From positions 32,001 to 96,000 of the IMG/VR virus record IMGVR_UViG_3300024264_000011: a DNA stretch of 64,000 nt. One strand, written 5' to 3'. The DNA is from a virus. Shown in pieces: positions 16,736 through 24,772 of the stretch (position 1 is the first letter of the stretch; the number at the start of each line of letters is the position of its first letter). The translations under genes and the position numbers were made by a program. The notes under the pieces were generated by a model. That model was not told where the DNA came from and searched no databases. It was given only the letters and a program-made list of their open reading frames with translations.

Positions 16736-17013
16736 ACGAATTGAAGATCGGGAACGTTAGTTACAGAGAAGTTATTGAGTTGTTTAGGATTCTGTCCCAC
16801 GGATACGTTAGGGGGCAAGATGCTGAATTGATCATACAGAACCCAGTCATCTTCATGTTCTGCAATAACAGCAAAACCGAAAACTCCTGCGGTTGGCAAC
16901 ATGTAAAGACCATGTTTTTCTGCCTGTTTGAGTGATGCAAACCCACGAGCAGTGATGGTCCAGGTGATACCTGACTGATCACCACCGAAGTAAGCGCAGA
17001 TGAAGTCGGTCAT
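16732..17013 (-). CDS. Early hypothetical protein (start re-called at MTDFIC)
   Basis: SD GAGG upstream of the ATG at 17013; the ATG at 17031 lies only 4 nt after the -10 box. Confidence 0.65.
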   Translation of the reverse strand: MTDFICAYFGGDQSGITWTITARGFASLKQAEKHGLYMLPTAGVFGFAVIAEHEDDWVLYDQFSILPPNVSVGQNPKQLNNFSVTNVPDLQFV

Positions 17014-17035
17014 TCGTGTTCCTCTCAACATGGCT

Positions 17036-17093
17036 AATATACACCAGATCAGGGTCTGATGGGGAGATGGTGGACACTTCCCTGACTGTCACC
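17036..17093 (-). promoter_or_regulatory. Early promoter with palindromic upstream element
   Basis: Minus strand GGTGACAGT-N6-AGTGTCCAC, 28-bp gap, -10 TATATT. Confidence 0.75.
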
Positions 17094-17256
17094 AGATCTC
17101 AGTCCATCGTTTGTGGTTTGATTTGCTGATTCTACCTTGATTAAGCATGTTATCACACACTCTCACGAACACTTGAAACTTTTCCTCGCGAGTGAGAGTA
17201 TCTGCACCGTCACATTTTGACATGACGTTGATCATTTGTGTTTTGGAAGTAATCAT
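17089..17256 (-). CDS. Hypothetical protein (55 aa)
   Basis: Manual translation MITSKTQMINVMSKCDGADTLTREEKFQVFVRVCDNMLNQGRISKSNHKRWTEIW. Confidence 0.65.
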   Translation of the reverse strand: MITSKTQMINVMSKCDGADTLTREEKFQVFVRVCDNMLNQGRISKSNHKRWTEIW

Positions 17257-17283
17257 CAGTCGAGAACAGAAATTAGCTAATAA

Positions 17284-17436
17284 TTAACCTCCAAACATGT
17301 CGTCGAATAGTTGTTGTCCAGAACGCTCATCATTTTCGTATTTCTTTGCATATTGCGCCATGCGTTCTAGTGCTTCATCGCGAGAGATTGACTCGGGGAA
17401 GAAATACTCACGGCCTGATGGAGTTGTGTAGCGCAT
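17284..17436 (-). CDS. Hypothetical protein (50 aa; start re-called at MRYTTPSG)
   Basis: A promoter -10 box at 17464-17469 lies inside the longer ORF-track call. Confidence 0.65.
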   Translation of the reverse strand: MRYTTPSGREYFFPESISRDEALERMAQYAKKYENDERSGQQLFDDMFGG

Positions 17437-17463
17437 TGGGTTTGTTCCCTTGAGTACCTTGTA

Positions 17464-17508
17464 ATTATAAACCCTCCGACAACTCGCCGAGGGCCTCCTG
17501 TAGACAGT
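17464..17508 (-). promoter_or_regulatory. Early promoter with motif half-site
   Basis: ACTGTCTAC, 30-bp gap, -10 TATAAT. Confidence 0.6.
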
Positions 17509-17570
17509 TCTGCAAGTGGTTGTAGAGACCACTGTCGTCAACGTCGTGATGGGCAGCAAGGTTTCTGGTG

Positions 17571-18122
17571 TCATTTAATGAAATGATGTGGATTATTTTT
17601 ATTATGTAGTGCATCAAACATGAGTGAAATGCCTACGGTATTACCAACATTTACAATACCATATGGTAAATGATGATTGAACCAATATAACACACCAGGA
17701 TCCAAACGGAGTAAGTTCCCACCAATAAGCATATGGTAGGTTGACTGTAATGGCAAAAAATATCTATCTCTCGTCTTATAATAATTACCGTCATCAACGT
17801 TTGGTTTGACAACAGCACCTGGGTTCATCTTAATAAAACCAGTTCTACATGGTTTTTTTACTTTTATATCTCTAAAGAAGTCTTTTACTTCACTATATTT
17901 TTCTAAAAACTCGGTACTTACTTGTTTGTCATTATCTTTTACATTACAACTAAATGAGTTTTTAACAGTAATTAAGGGTACAATTTTAGTTTGTTCTAAA
18001 TTGTGCCCAAATATAATACGATCTTGATCATTCATATAGTTCCAATCTTTCCAGTTATCATATAACTTAGAAACGAAAGGACTTACATCAATATTATTTT
18101 TTACTACTACTATACTATTCAT
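17571..18122 (-). CDS. Aspartyl/asparaginyl beta-hydroxylase-like cupin, metal ligands apparently lost
   Basis: Family-like pattern R-x-GFIKMNPG-x-x-V-x-x-[N]VDDGNYY...RDRY...PGVLYWFN...P[Y]GIVN...ISLMFD. Confidence 0.7.
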   Translation of the reverse strand: MNSIVVVKNNIDVSPFVSKLYDNWKDWNYMNDQDRIIFGHNLEQTKIVPLITVKNSFSCNVKDNDKQVSTEFLEKYSEVKDFFRDIKVKKPCRTGFIKMNPGAVVKPNVDDGNYYKTRDRYFLPLQSTYHMLIGGNLLRLDPGVLYWFNHHLPYGIVNVGNTVGISLMFDALHNKNNPHHFIK

Positions 18123-18127
18123 TTGTG

Positions 18128-18289
18128 TTACGATGTCATAATTTTTTCGTAAAGTGAATCAAACATCTCTTTGTCGTAATTAGTGCGACCACCAGCAATT
18201 CCATGCTCCCACACATCCATCATAATTTCTTGCAACAAAACTATTTCCTCGTAAGAAAGATTTTCAATAGAAAGATTGTTAATTGACAT
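18128..18289 (-). CDS. Hypothetical protein (53 aa)
   Basis: Manual translation MSINNLSIENLSYEEIVLLQEIMMDVWEHGIAGGRTNYDKEMFDSLYEKIMTS. Confidence 0.6.
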   Translation of the reverse strand: MSINNLSIENLSYEEIVLLQEIMMDVWEHGIAGGRTNYDKEMFDSLYEKIMTS

Positions 18290-18291
18290 AA

Positions 18292-18543
18292 TTAGCATGA
18301 ACAAGCGAGGGCAGAGTTAAAAAATTGTGGATCTGTGTGAATGTCGGTCACTTCGTAACCATAACCATAAACACGGGAATCAATCTCACGTTGCATATCT
18401 TTTTTGTTGATGTAACGCATGGATTGTTTATCTTTCATGAAAGTAACAATTTTGAGCATGTGACGGTTGTTGGTAGTTCCATCAGCATATTTGACGGGAT
18501 AGAAATCAACAACCATGGAAGAATCTTTAGATGTGAGTTGCAT
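18292..18543 (-). CDS. Early hypothetical protein (start re-called at MQLTSKD)
   Basis: Same frame as the ORF-track call; promoter at 18572-18631. Confidence 0.7.
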   Translation of the reverse strand: MQLTSKDSSMVVDFYPVKYADGTTNNRHMLKIVTFMKDKQSMRYINKKDMQREIDSRVYGYGYEVTDIHTDPQFFNSALACSC

Positions 18544-18571
18544 CGTTTGGGGTGTTTCTCTTAACATGGCT

Positions 18572-18631
18572 AATATACATCACATGAGAGGGGTCTACAA
18601 GCGTCTGTGGGACACTTCAACCACCGTCTAC
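18572..18631 (-). promoter_or_regulatory. Early promoter with palindromic upstream element
   Basis: Minus strand GTAGACGGT-N6-AGTGTCCCA, 30-bp gap, -10 TATATT. Confidence 0.7.
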
Positions 18632-19021
18632 CTGACAACCTACCATAGCACCACTAACTACACCTAAAGGAATCGACCAGATCCAATTCTTTTTAGTAGC
18701 AAGAGTGCCACCTGCTGCACCACCTAGAATACCACCAACAACAGTACCCTCAACGCAAGAATTGTCATCAACATGTTTCTTAGAGTTATGATTATGGTGT
18801 GGGTGTGGATGAATAAACTTCACCTTTTTCTTACAAGGAATTTCTTTTTTGTCTGTATATGTGCGAACATAACCAGGATTTCTTCTAGTTCCTGGGATAT
18901 ATTCCTCACGATATACAGTCTTGTAACACTTCACATCTCTAGAATAGCCAGAACGTGATCCAGCAATGACATTAGTCGGGAGTAAGAGAATCGTTAGCAA
19001 TAATAGAATCGATTTTTTCAT
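18617..19021 (-). CDS. Exported glycine-zipper (2TM) protein
   Basis: Signal-peptide-like MKKSILLLLTILLLPTNVIA; C-terminal GTVVGGILGGAAGG...GVVSGAMVGC. Confidence 0.75.
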   Translation of the reverse strand: MKKSILLLLTILLLPTNVIAGSRSGYSRDVKCYKTVYREEYIPGTRRNPGYVRTYTDKKEIPCKKKVKFIHPHPHHNHNSKKHVDDNSCVEGTVVGGILGGAAGGTLATKKNWIWSIPLGVVSGAMVGCQVDGG

Positions 19022-19202
19022 TTTGGAGTACCTTGTCGGTATAGTTGTGAATAATTTCAGTAATTTCATCCTCTGTCATTGTATTTAACCATGACCACAC
19101 TGGATCATCTGGATCCCACTCCATTGTAAAAGATCCATCATCATTCTCACTAACTTTCAGAGTATCAATCGGTGGGGATTCTGGGGTTTCTGAATGTTCC
19201 AT
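18972..19202 (-). CDS. Acidic hypothetical protein
   Basis: ORF track; LKVSENDDGSFTMEWDPDDPVWSWLN. Confidence 0.65.
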   Translation of the reverse strand: MEHSETPESPPIDTLKVSENDDGSFTMEWDPDDPVWSWLNTMTEDEITEIIHNYTDKVLQNEKIDSIIANDSLTPD

Positions 19203-19323
19203 AATAATTTACATATGCTAAAAATCTATTGATGTTTGGTGTTACTCCCAACGAAAGACAACACTCATACCAGGATTGAAAATCTTCATTGACATCCTCC
19301 CCCAATTTAAAGTTGATGATCAT
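19165..19323 (-). CDS. Hypothetical protein (52 aa)
   Basis: Manual translation MIINFKLGEDVNEDFQSWYECCLSLGVTPNINRFLAYVNYYGTFRNPRIPTD; ATGA coupled. Confidence 0.55.
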   Translation of the reverse strand: MIINFKLGEDVNEDFQSWYECCLSLGVTPNINRFLAYVNYYGTFRNPRIPTD

Positions 19324-19613
19324 AATTTACCATCAACAATAGCAGATCCTACTACTCTACTATATTGTTCTAATGTACCATCTTGTTCACACTTAAGATG
19401 CCATCGTGTCATATTGATAACAATTTCTTTTGTTAATCCAAACAGGAAATCTTTTCCTGTATCTTTTCTGACACTTTTCCATAGAAACCTAGTTTCTTCT
19501 ACATAAAAAGCATCATCAATCCAATCAACTTCAGCAATCTTGGGATGTTCGTTTGTTTTTTCTCTACGTTGTGCTTCGTCAAACATTTCGTCTGGATAAG
19601 GTTCGATGTCCAT
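19320..19613 (-). CDS. Cyanophage hypothetical protein (97 aa)
   Basis: ORF track; tightly coupled to its neighbours. Confidence 0.7.
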   Translation of the reverse strand: MDIEPYPDEMFDEAQRREKTNEHPKIAEVDWIDDAFYVEETRFLWKSVRKDTGKDFLFGLTKEIVINMTRWHLKCEQDGTLEQYSRVVGSAIVDGKL

Positions 19614-19822
19614 TATTCTTTGTTTTTATTAAATCCAAAAGGTCCTACTTTGTTCTTTACCCTATCTTTCATTACAGCACCAGTCATTGCTTCCATGACT
19701 TTTAAAACATCTTCTGCTTTGGGTGGAACAGGACCAAGTCTTTCAGAAACAAAATTATATTTCTTAAAGAATTCATCTGCTACTAGTTTGTAGTCTTCAA
19801 CTGTAATTGGTTCATTACTCAT
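19613..19822 (-). CDS. Cyanophage hypothetical protein (69 aa)
   Basis: ORF track. Confidence 0.7.
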   Translation of the reverse strand: MSNEPITVEDYKLVADEFFKKYNFVSERLGPVPPKAEDVLKVMEAMTGAVMKDRVKNKVGPFGFNKNKE

Positions 19823-19962
19823 TTACCTACTCCATAATCAGGTGCTTTCTTTTCAAGATCTCGAATAGTTTGATGCAGTCGTTCAACTGACTTACGAACC
19901 TCGTCGGTTTCTTCCCACTCAAAAATGTCACCAGACTTAGTTACATGTGTTTTTTTAGTCAT
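19819..19962 (-). CDS. Hypothetical protein (47 aa), paralog of 12714..12872
   Basis: Manual translation MTKKTHVTKSGDIFEWEETDEVRKSVERLHQTIRDLEKKAPDYGVGK. Confidence 0.65.
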   Translation of the reverse strand: MTKKTHVTKSGDIFEWEETDEVRKSVERLHQTIRDLEKKAPDYGVGK

Positions 19963-19963
19963 G

Positions 19964-20197
19964 TTAATCTCCAGGTAGATTTTGTTCTTTACGATATTTT
20001 TTGATAAATCGTTTTATCTTCCACTGATCATACTTTATCCTTGGCCACATTGTCAAGATCATCCATCTACGACGAATCCCAATCATTAGTTCTAAGAATC
20101 TTACATTAACTAATCTTGCGGCATTTTCATCAGTAACAATAAAATAAACTGCGATTGAAAAGATTACTAATACTGTGTAGTAAGATCCTGTATACAT
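19964..20197 (-). CDS. Membrane-anchored hypothetical protein
   Basis: N-terminal TM segment YYTVLVIFSIAVYFIV and a basic C-terminus. Confidence 0.65.
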   Translation of the reverse strand: MYTGSYYTVLVIFSIAVYFIVTDENAARLVNVRFLELMIGIRRRWMILTMWPRIKYDQWKIKRFIKKYRKEQNLPGD

Positions 20198-20199
20198 TC

Positions 20200-20376
20200 T
20201 CAGAACTCCTGATTTCTTTTAAAGTCTAGGTAAGCAAGAATTTCACTTCTCCACTCCATTAATTCATTAAAACAGAGTTGTTCATGAGCATCTCTCCTAA
20301 GATCTGGATCTGGTTTCAAAACACTCTCATAAAATAAATTAAATGCGTCTTTACGTTTAAGATGTTTTTCATCCAT
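20200..20376 (-). CDS. Hypothetical protein (58 aa)
   Basis: Manual translation MDEKHLKRKDAFNLFYESVLKPDPDLRRDAHEQLCFNELMEWRSEILAYLDFKRNQEF. Confidence 0.65.
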   Translation of the reverse strand: MDEKHLKRKDAFNLFYESVLKPDPDLRRDAHEQLCFNELMEWRSEILAYLDFKRNQEF

Positions 20377-20407
20377 GATAGTCTTGCGAATATGGTGATA
20401 TCATAAC

Positions 20408-20584
20408 CTATGTAGGATCATTTTTGTGTTTTTTACGGTATTTTTTAAGAATTCCGTACCCTTCCTTTATCCGTTGATAAGCTTCTTCACTTGATAGTTT
20501 ATCAGCAATTTCCATATTTACTGCATTAGTTACTACCATTTCAAATTGTCTCAGTTGTAAATCATAATTATCAAAATTATACAT
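20408..20584 (-). CDS. Hypothetical protein (58 aa)
   Basis: Manual translation MYNFDNYDLQLRQFEMVVTNAVNMEIADKLSSEEAYQRIKEGYGILKKYRKKHKNDPT; strong SD AAGGAGG. Confidence 0.7.
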   Translation of the reverse strand: MYNFDNYDLQLRQFEMVVTNAVNMEIADKLSSEEAYQRIKEGYGILKKYRKKHKNDPT

Positions 20585-20615
20585 AATTATCCTCCTTATA
20601 CTACACAGTAGCTAT

Positions 20616-20641
20616 AAAAAAACCACCCCAAAGGGTGGTTT
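20616..20641 (-). terminator. Rho-independent terminator
   Basis: Minus strand AAACCACCC-TTTG-GGGTGGTTT followed by a T-run. Confidence 0.85.
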
Positions 20642-20730
20642 AATCGTTATTGGGGATAATTTAATCTCAAAGACCAATTAATATAGAACGTTCATGCGAA
20701 CATTTTAGGTAATTAAACCACTCGCAGGAT

Positions 20731-20916
20731 TTATCCCCAATCATCTTTAGTATCAAAATCTGGATCAGATTTTCGATTCCACCTCTTTTTACCTGAGATT
20801 TTATATCCACTAGCAAGTTCGTCATATTCATAGTCAGTGTTCATTGCATAATTAAGTTTTTCTTCCTTAGAAGTATTGTACTTTTTAGCGGAATACTTGC
20901 GATGAGTTCGTGCCAT
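20731..20916 (-). CDS. Hypothetical protein (61 aa)
   Basis: ORF track; SD GGAG. Confidence 0.65.
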   Translation of the reverse strand: MARTHRKYSAKKYNTSKEEKLNYAMNTDYEYDELASGYKISGKKRWNRKSDPDFDTKDDWG

Positions 20917-20945
20917 TGTAGTTTAGTTTCTCCGTTAATAAAAAA

Positions 20946-21113
20946 TTACTCGTAATAAGAGTCGAAAGCGAATTCGTATTCAGATTGTGGATCATCATAG
21001 AAATCACAATCTTCTTTATCATTTATTTCAAACTTGCGATAATATTCGTCAAGTTGAATTTCATCCCTAATTTCGTCAATGATTGAACGTTTGTGGATGG
21101 GTGTTGAGAACAT
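20946..21113 (-). CDS. Acidic hypothetical protein (55 aa)
   Basis: Manual translation MFSTPIHKRSIIDEIRDEIQLDEYYRKFEINDKEDCDFYDDPQSEYEFAFDSYYE; SD GAGG and a promoter upstream. Confidence 0.65.
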   Translation of the reverse strand: MFSTPIHKRSIIDEIRDEIQLDEYYRKFEINDKEDCDFYDDPQSEYEFAFDSYYE

Positions 21114-21140
21114 TGTCAGATTCCTCTGATGTACCTGGCT

Positions 21141-21169
21141 ATAATATAGGCAAGTTCCCTCCTTGTCAA
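21141..21169 (-). promoter_or_regulatory. Sigma70-type promoter
   Basis: Minus strand TTGACA-N17-TATTAT. Confidence 0.8.
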
Positions 21170-21187
21170 GGGCCGGAACGAAAAAAA

Positions 21188-21334
21188 TTATTTATCTATC
21201 AATAGAGTACGAATCCACTCATCAAATTCTTCTCCGATGGAGATTGCATCTTCAAATTGTCCCTGATTTATCAGGGACTCAAGTCTCTCCATTCTCTCCT
21301 TGAGAATAAGTTTGATGTTTTCTTCAGTGATCAT
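21188..21334 (-). CDS. Hypothetical protein (48 aa)
   Basis: Manual translation MITEENIKLILKERMERLESLINQGQFEDAISIGEEFDEWIRTLLIDK; ATGA coupled. Confidence 0.6.
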   Translation of the reverse strand: MITEENIKLILKERMERLESLINQGQFEDAISIGEEFDEWIRTLLIDK

Positions 21335-21612
21335 ATTTCTTTAGACCATTTTCCAATTGGACATGAGGAGTGTTTCAATCTTGTTTTAGCTGACATAAAG
21401 CACCCACAACGTTTACATTGTGTAGTAGATGAATTAAATTCATCACATGATCTACAAATTCTTAATCTGTTATCTACAGTTTCTTTCGGGACAAATGCAG
21501 ATCTACCTTTAGATATTTCACCAATAGAATCTGTAATATTTTCAGAGAGACCTTTCATTTTGTTGATAAGGTCTCTCTTCATTTTGTCCCTAATTTCTCG
21601 GGACTTAGACAT
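21331..21612 (-). CDS. Cys-rich putative metal-binding protein (DUF6171-like)
   Basis: RLRICRSC...QCKRCGCFM.AKT.L...SCPIGKW. Confidence 0.75.
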   Translation of the reverse strand: MSKSREIRDKMKRDLINKMKGLSENITDSIGEISKGRSAFVPKETVDNRLRICRSCDEFNSSTTQCKRCGCFMSAKTRLKHSSCPIGKWSKEI

Positions 21613-21848
21613 TATTCTTCAACAGTTCCAGAAGCGTCAGAAGTGGTTTCTGGAAGAGTTACTTGTTCACCTTCAGTAGGTGGTTCCAAGATATTCATGC
21701 TTTCAATAGCACCTTGGAGTTTCAGGAAAAGTTCTTTCCTCCTTGCAAGTTCAGCATCGAGTTGTTGAATTTCCTCTGCACACTTTTTCTGTTGTTCGAG
21801 GAAGTTTGCACGAAGTTCTGCGGGAGTTTGTGTAGGAGTTGCTGTCAT
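21612..21848 (-). CDS. Coiled-coil hypothetical protein (78 aa)
   Basis: Heptad pattern ending in KLQGAIE. Confidence 0.7.
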   Translation of the reverse strand: MTATPTQTPAELRANFLEQQKKCAEEIQQLDAELARRKELFLKLQGAIESMNILEPPTEGEQVTLPETTSDASGTVEE

Positions 21849-21875
21849 TGTTGATAAAAGTTGATTACGATAACA

Positions 21876-21938
21876 ATCATAGATTATTTAGACGTGTTTG
21901 TCAAGGGTATTGACACGGTTAACCGAACTCAGTAGAAT
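21876..21938. promoter_or_regulatory. Back-to-back divergent sigma70 promoters
   Basis: Minus strand: TTGACA(21904-21899)-N17-TATGAT(21881-21876). Plus strand: TTGACA(21910-21915)-N17-TAGAAT(21933-21938). Confidence 0.75.
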
Positions 21939-21969
21939 AACTCTGTCAGGGTTCAAAAGAGAAGCTATA

Positions 21970-22668
21970 TTACTTATCAAATGCATGGTGTGATTTTAAT
22001 CCATTAGCTCTTACATAATGAAAGAATATTTGGTGATGATATTCTGGTTCTCGTATTAATTTTCTTAGATTACTAAAGACAAAGTTATATTTGGATTTTA
22101 AAGGAGTTCTCCAGTGTTCAACATCACAACCCATATAGACAATACCATCACCATCTTTTAAATTAGCATAAACTTCTTTTCCACCTAAAGTTTTTAAACA
22201 AAAACTCCATGGTTTATGAGAAGCTTTGCTAATTTGTATTGATACTGAAATTTCACAAGCATCTCTATCTACATGTCTCTCTAGTTTTTGACCTAAAAAA
22301 TAAAATCGTTCATAGTAATAGGTATTATATAATTCGTCATTCAATATTTTTTCTAAAATAGTTTTTACTTTAGAATGAGTTGTTTTATATTTTGGATAAC
22401 CATATCTTGCTAAAGAACCAGATACTTGAACTTCATCTGGTTCATGCGAGTATTTGTCATATGAACCATAATAACTAAGTTTACCTCTTTCTCTTGGAAC
22501 TTTAGTATAAAGTTCTTCTGGATCTACTAAATTACGAATAATTAGAAACCCATGTCTTTTTAAAAATTGTTGAGCACCAATAGGCACAGTATCATCTCCT
22601 GGGTCTATTGATATACTCATATCTCTGTATTCTCTATAATCTTCAAAGATACGTGCTGCAATTTCCAT
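21970..22668 (-). CDS. 2OG-Fe(II) oxygenase-like protein
   Basis: LERHVDRDACEISVS...GDGIVYMGCDVEHWR...HQIFFHYV with HxD...H. Start re-called at MEIAAR (SD GGAGG). Confidence 0.85.
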   Translation of the reverse strand: MEIAARIFEDYREYRDMSISIDPGDDTVPIGAQQFLKRHGFLIIRNLVDPEELYTKVPRERGKLSYYGSYDKYSHEPDEVQVSGSLARYGYPKYKTTHSKVKTILEKILNDELYNTYYYERFYFLGQKLERHVDRDACEISVSIQISKASHKPWSFCLKTLGGKEVYANLKDGDGIVYMGCDVEHWRTPLKSKYNFVFSNLRKLIREPEYHHQIFFHYVRANGLKSHHAFDK

Positions 22669-22670
22669 AA

Positions 22671-23300
22671 TTACCTCCAACGGGGTCCTACAACCCAACC
22701 AACTAATGATTTACGTAAACCAGATTTAACTTTTAAAACTCTATGTTTTGTTCTAGAATCAAATATAATTATTGTTCCTTTCTTTCTAGGGGCAAAATAA
22801 CTTTGATCAGTTTCGTCGAGTAACTGGAGATTACCACCAGTATAATTTTCCGAATCAGATAACTGCAAGACAAAAGATAACTTTCTTACCATTTCACATT
22901 TTTCACTTACATAGTCTTCATTAGATTTAAATTTACCGTCTTCCAAAATATTAGTTGGAGAATAACAAGAAGCAATACCAGCATCTATATGCCATTTATA
23001 GAACTCACCTGGATTATAATGTGTATACTGAATATTTTCTCCATCTACATTAGATATATCATAGAGAAAATTTTCTCTATTTGCTTTTTGTACATAGTGC
23101 CACAAAAAACCAGAAACCCAATGCGTAGTTGGTATCCACGCATTGTATGAGTTTCTTTTAGATTCATCTATTACATCATTCTGTAGTTTTGATTTCTGCA
23201 CGTGCTCATCAAAATTCTTAGATAAATCTTTTCCTAATACATCTACAATATCTTCTGGTAGGTTGGTATCAAACCAAATACTTTGATATGACATAAACAA
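22671..23300 (-). CDS. 2OG-Fe(II) oxygenase (prolyl-4-hydroxylase/PKHD-like)
   Basis: IQYTHY...YKWHID...RKLSFVLQLS...YTGGNL...FDSRTKHRVLKVKSGLRKSLVGWVVGPRWR. Confidence 0.92.
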   Translation of the reverse strand: MFMSYQSIWFDTNLPEDIVDVLGKDLSKNFDEHVQKSKLQNDVIDESKRNSYNAWIPTTHWVSGFLWHYVQKANRENFLYDISNVDGENIQYTHYNPGEFYKWHIDAGIASCYSPTNILEDGKFKSNEDYVSEKCEMVRKLSFVLQLSDSENYTGGNLQLLDETDQSYFAPRKKGTIIIFDSRTKHRVLKVKSGLRKSLVGWVVGPRWR

Positions 23301-23314
23301 ACATCAAATGTACA

Positions 23315-23695
23315 TTATATATGCTCAAACTTTAACCACGAATCAGTATCCTCATCCCAAAAATAGTTATATTCATTATAATCATCTGGATATGGTATTG
23401 GAGGTTCCCATACCAAAGATTCCATATTTAATGTCCAAGATTCGTGTGGTTTGTTTTCAATGAAACAATCTCTATCTGGTACGTATAAATTACCTATACC
23501 AGCAAATTTACTTCTAATATTTGAATTAAATGATGTCTGTAACCATGTAGAATTTGGATCACTTACAATTTGTCTACAAAGTTCAATACCCGTAGATTCA
23601 CTTTCATTACCATTCTCATCTAAAATTTCTTCATTTGCAATAACTATAGTTTTAATAACTATGTTATTTTCATCCAATTGTGTAAAATGTGCCAT
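23315..23695 (-). CDS. Small tail-fibre-associated protein (adhesin partner or assembly chaperone)
   Basis: MAHFTQLDENNIV...WLQTSFN...FAGIG...KPHESWTLN...WEPPIPYP, a family typically found after glycine-rich fibre genes. Confidence 0.6.
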   Translation of the reverse strand: MAHFTQLDENNIVIKTIVIANEEILDENGNESESTGIELCRQIVSDPNSTWLQTSFNSNIRSKFAGIGNLYVPDRDCFIENKPHESWTLNMESLVWEPPIPYPDDYNEYNYFWDEDTDSWLKFEHI

Positions 23696-23701
23696 AATAG
23701 T

Positions 23702-24772
23702 TTACTGATACTTGTAAATAAATCTAACTAAACCTGATCCACCGTTACCACCAGCGCCTCTATATTGTGGGGCATCTCTTTGACCTCCTCCACCTCCACC
23801 TGCTCCTCTATTAGCACTTCCAGCACCAGCATTAGCGGTATTAATGGATCCAGCACCACCTCCACCCGATCCACCCGATCCTGCTTGAGTTTGCGCTGGT
23901 GCATAAGCACCACCAGGTCTAGAACAACCTCCGCCACCTCCAGCTCCATATCTTATCGTTACCTGCATATTAGTTTGTTCAACTGACCACACAAGGCCAT
24001 TGCCACCAGGGCCTCCTCTAAAAACACGTCCATCCTGAGTTGGATAAGGACCAGGGCAATTTCTTCCAGTTTGTTCAGCACCTCCGCCTCCACCTCCAGC
24101 GCCATTTCCTGGAATTGTATAAGATCCTGTACCACCATTTTTTCCTTGTGGTGGAGAAACAGCAGGAGTATTACCATTTCCACCAGGCCAACCGCTAACT
24201 GGATTTCCTCTTACAGATCCACCTCCACCAGATCCTCCAGCATTACCAGCAGAAAATCTTCCACCTCTTCCACCACCAGCAGATGTAATTCCATTAAAAG
24301 ATGATGAACTTCCATTAGATCCATTACCAGAGTTTGGTCCTCCTGGACCACCAGATCCTCCAGCACCTACAACAACTGGATAACTACCAGGTGATATATT
24401 CATAGTGCCGGTTCTCATACCACCTCCGCCTCCACCTCCAGAGATTCCGCCGCCTCCTCCACCGCCGCCACCGACGACGCAATAATATAATTCGGGTGCA
24501 TCATCAGGTGCATGATTTATAGTTAACGTACCACTACTACTAAATTCAACTCTTCTCCAATTACCATTAGTAGCATTTGGTGAATTTCCAGGATATGATA
24601 CTGACATATAAGTCCTATTAAGACCCCTAAAACTATTCATAGATATTGCACCTGTTGCAATTCCAATAGCTGCTCTCATTGCAGCATCACCAAGACTACG
24701 AGTTGCACCACTAGCATGTCCCACGTATGATTGAATTTGGTTTATACTAATAGATCCAGTAGGTAAAGGCAT
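23702..24772 (-). CDS. Glycine-rich tail-fibre tip adhesin (gp38-like architecture)
   Basis: N-terminal MPLPTGSISINQI...GAISMNSFRG attachment-type segment, then polyglycine runs ending GGNGGSGLVRFIY; directly downstream of the fibre gene. Confidence 0.75.
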   Translation of the reverse strand: MPLPTGSISINQIQSYVGHASGATRSLGDAAMRAAIGIATGAISMNSFRGLNRTYMSVSYPGNSPNATNGNWRRVEFSSSGTLTINHAPDDAPELYYCVVGGGGGGGGGISGGGGGGGMRTGTMNISPGSYPVVVGAGGSGGPGGPNSGNGSNGSSSSFNGITSAGGGRGGRFSAGNAGGSGGGGSVRGNPVSGWPGGNGNTPAVSPPQGKNGGTGSYTIPGNGAGGGGGGAEQTGRNCPGPYPTQDGRVFRGGPGGNGLVWSVEQTNMQVTIRYGAGGGGGCSRPGGAYAPAQTQAGSGGSGGGGAGSINTANAGAGSANRGAGGGGGGQRDAPQYRGAGGNGGSGLVRFIYKYQ

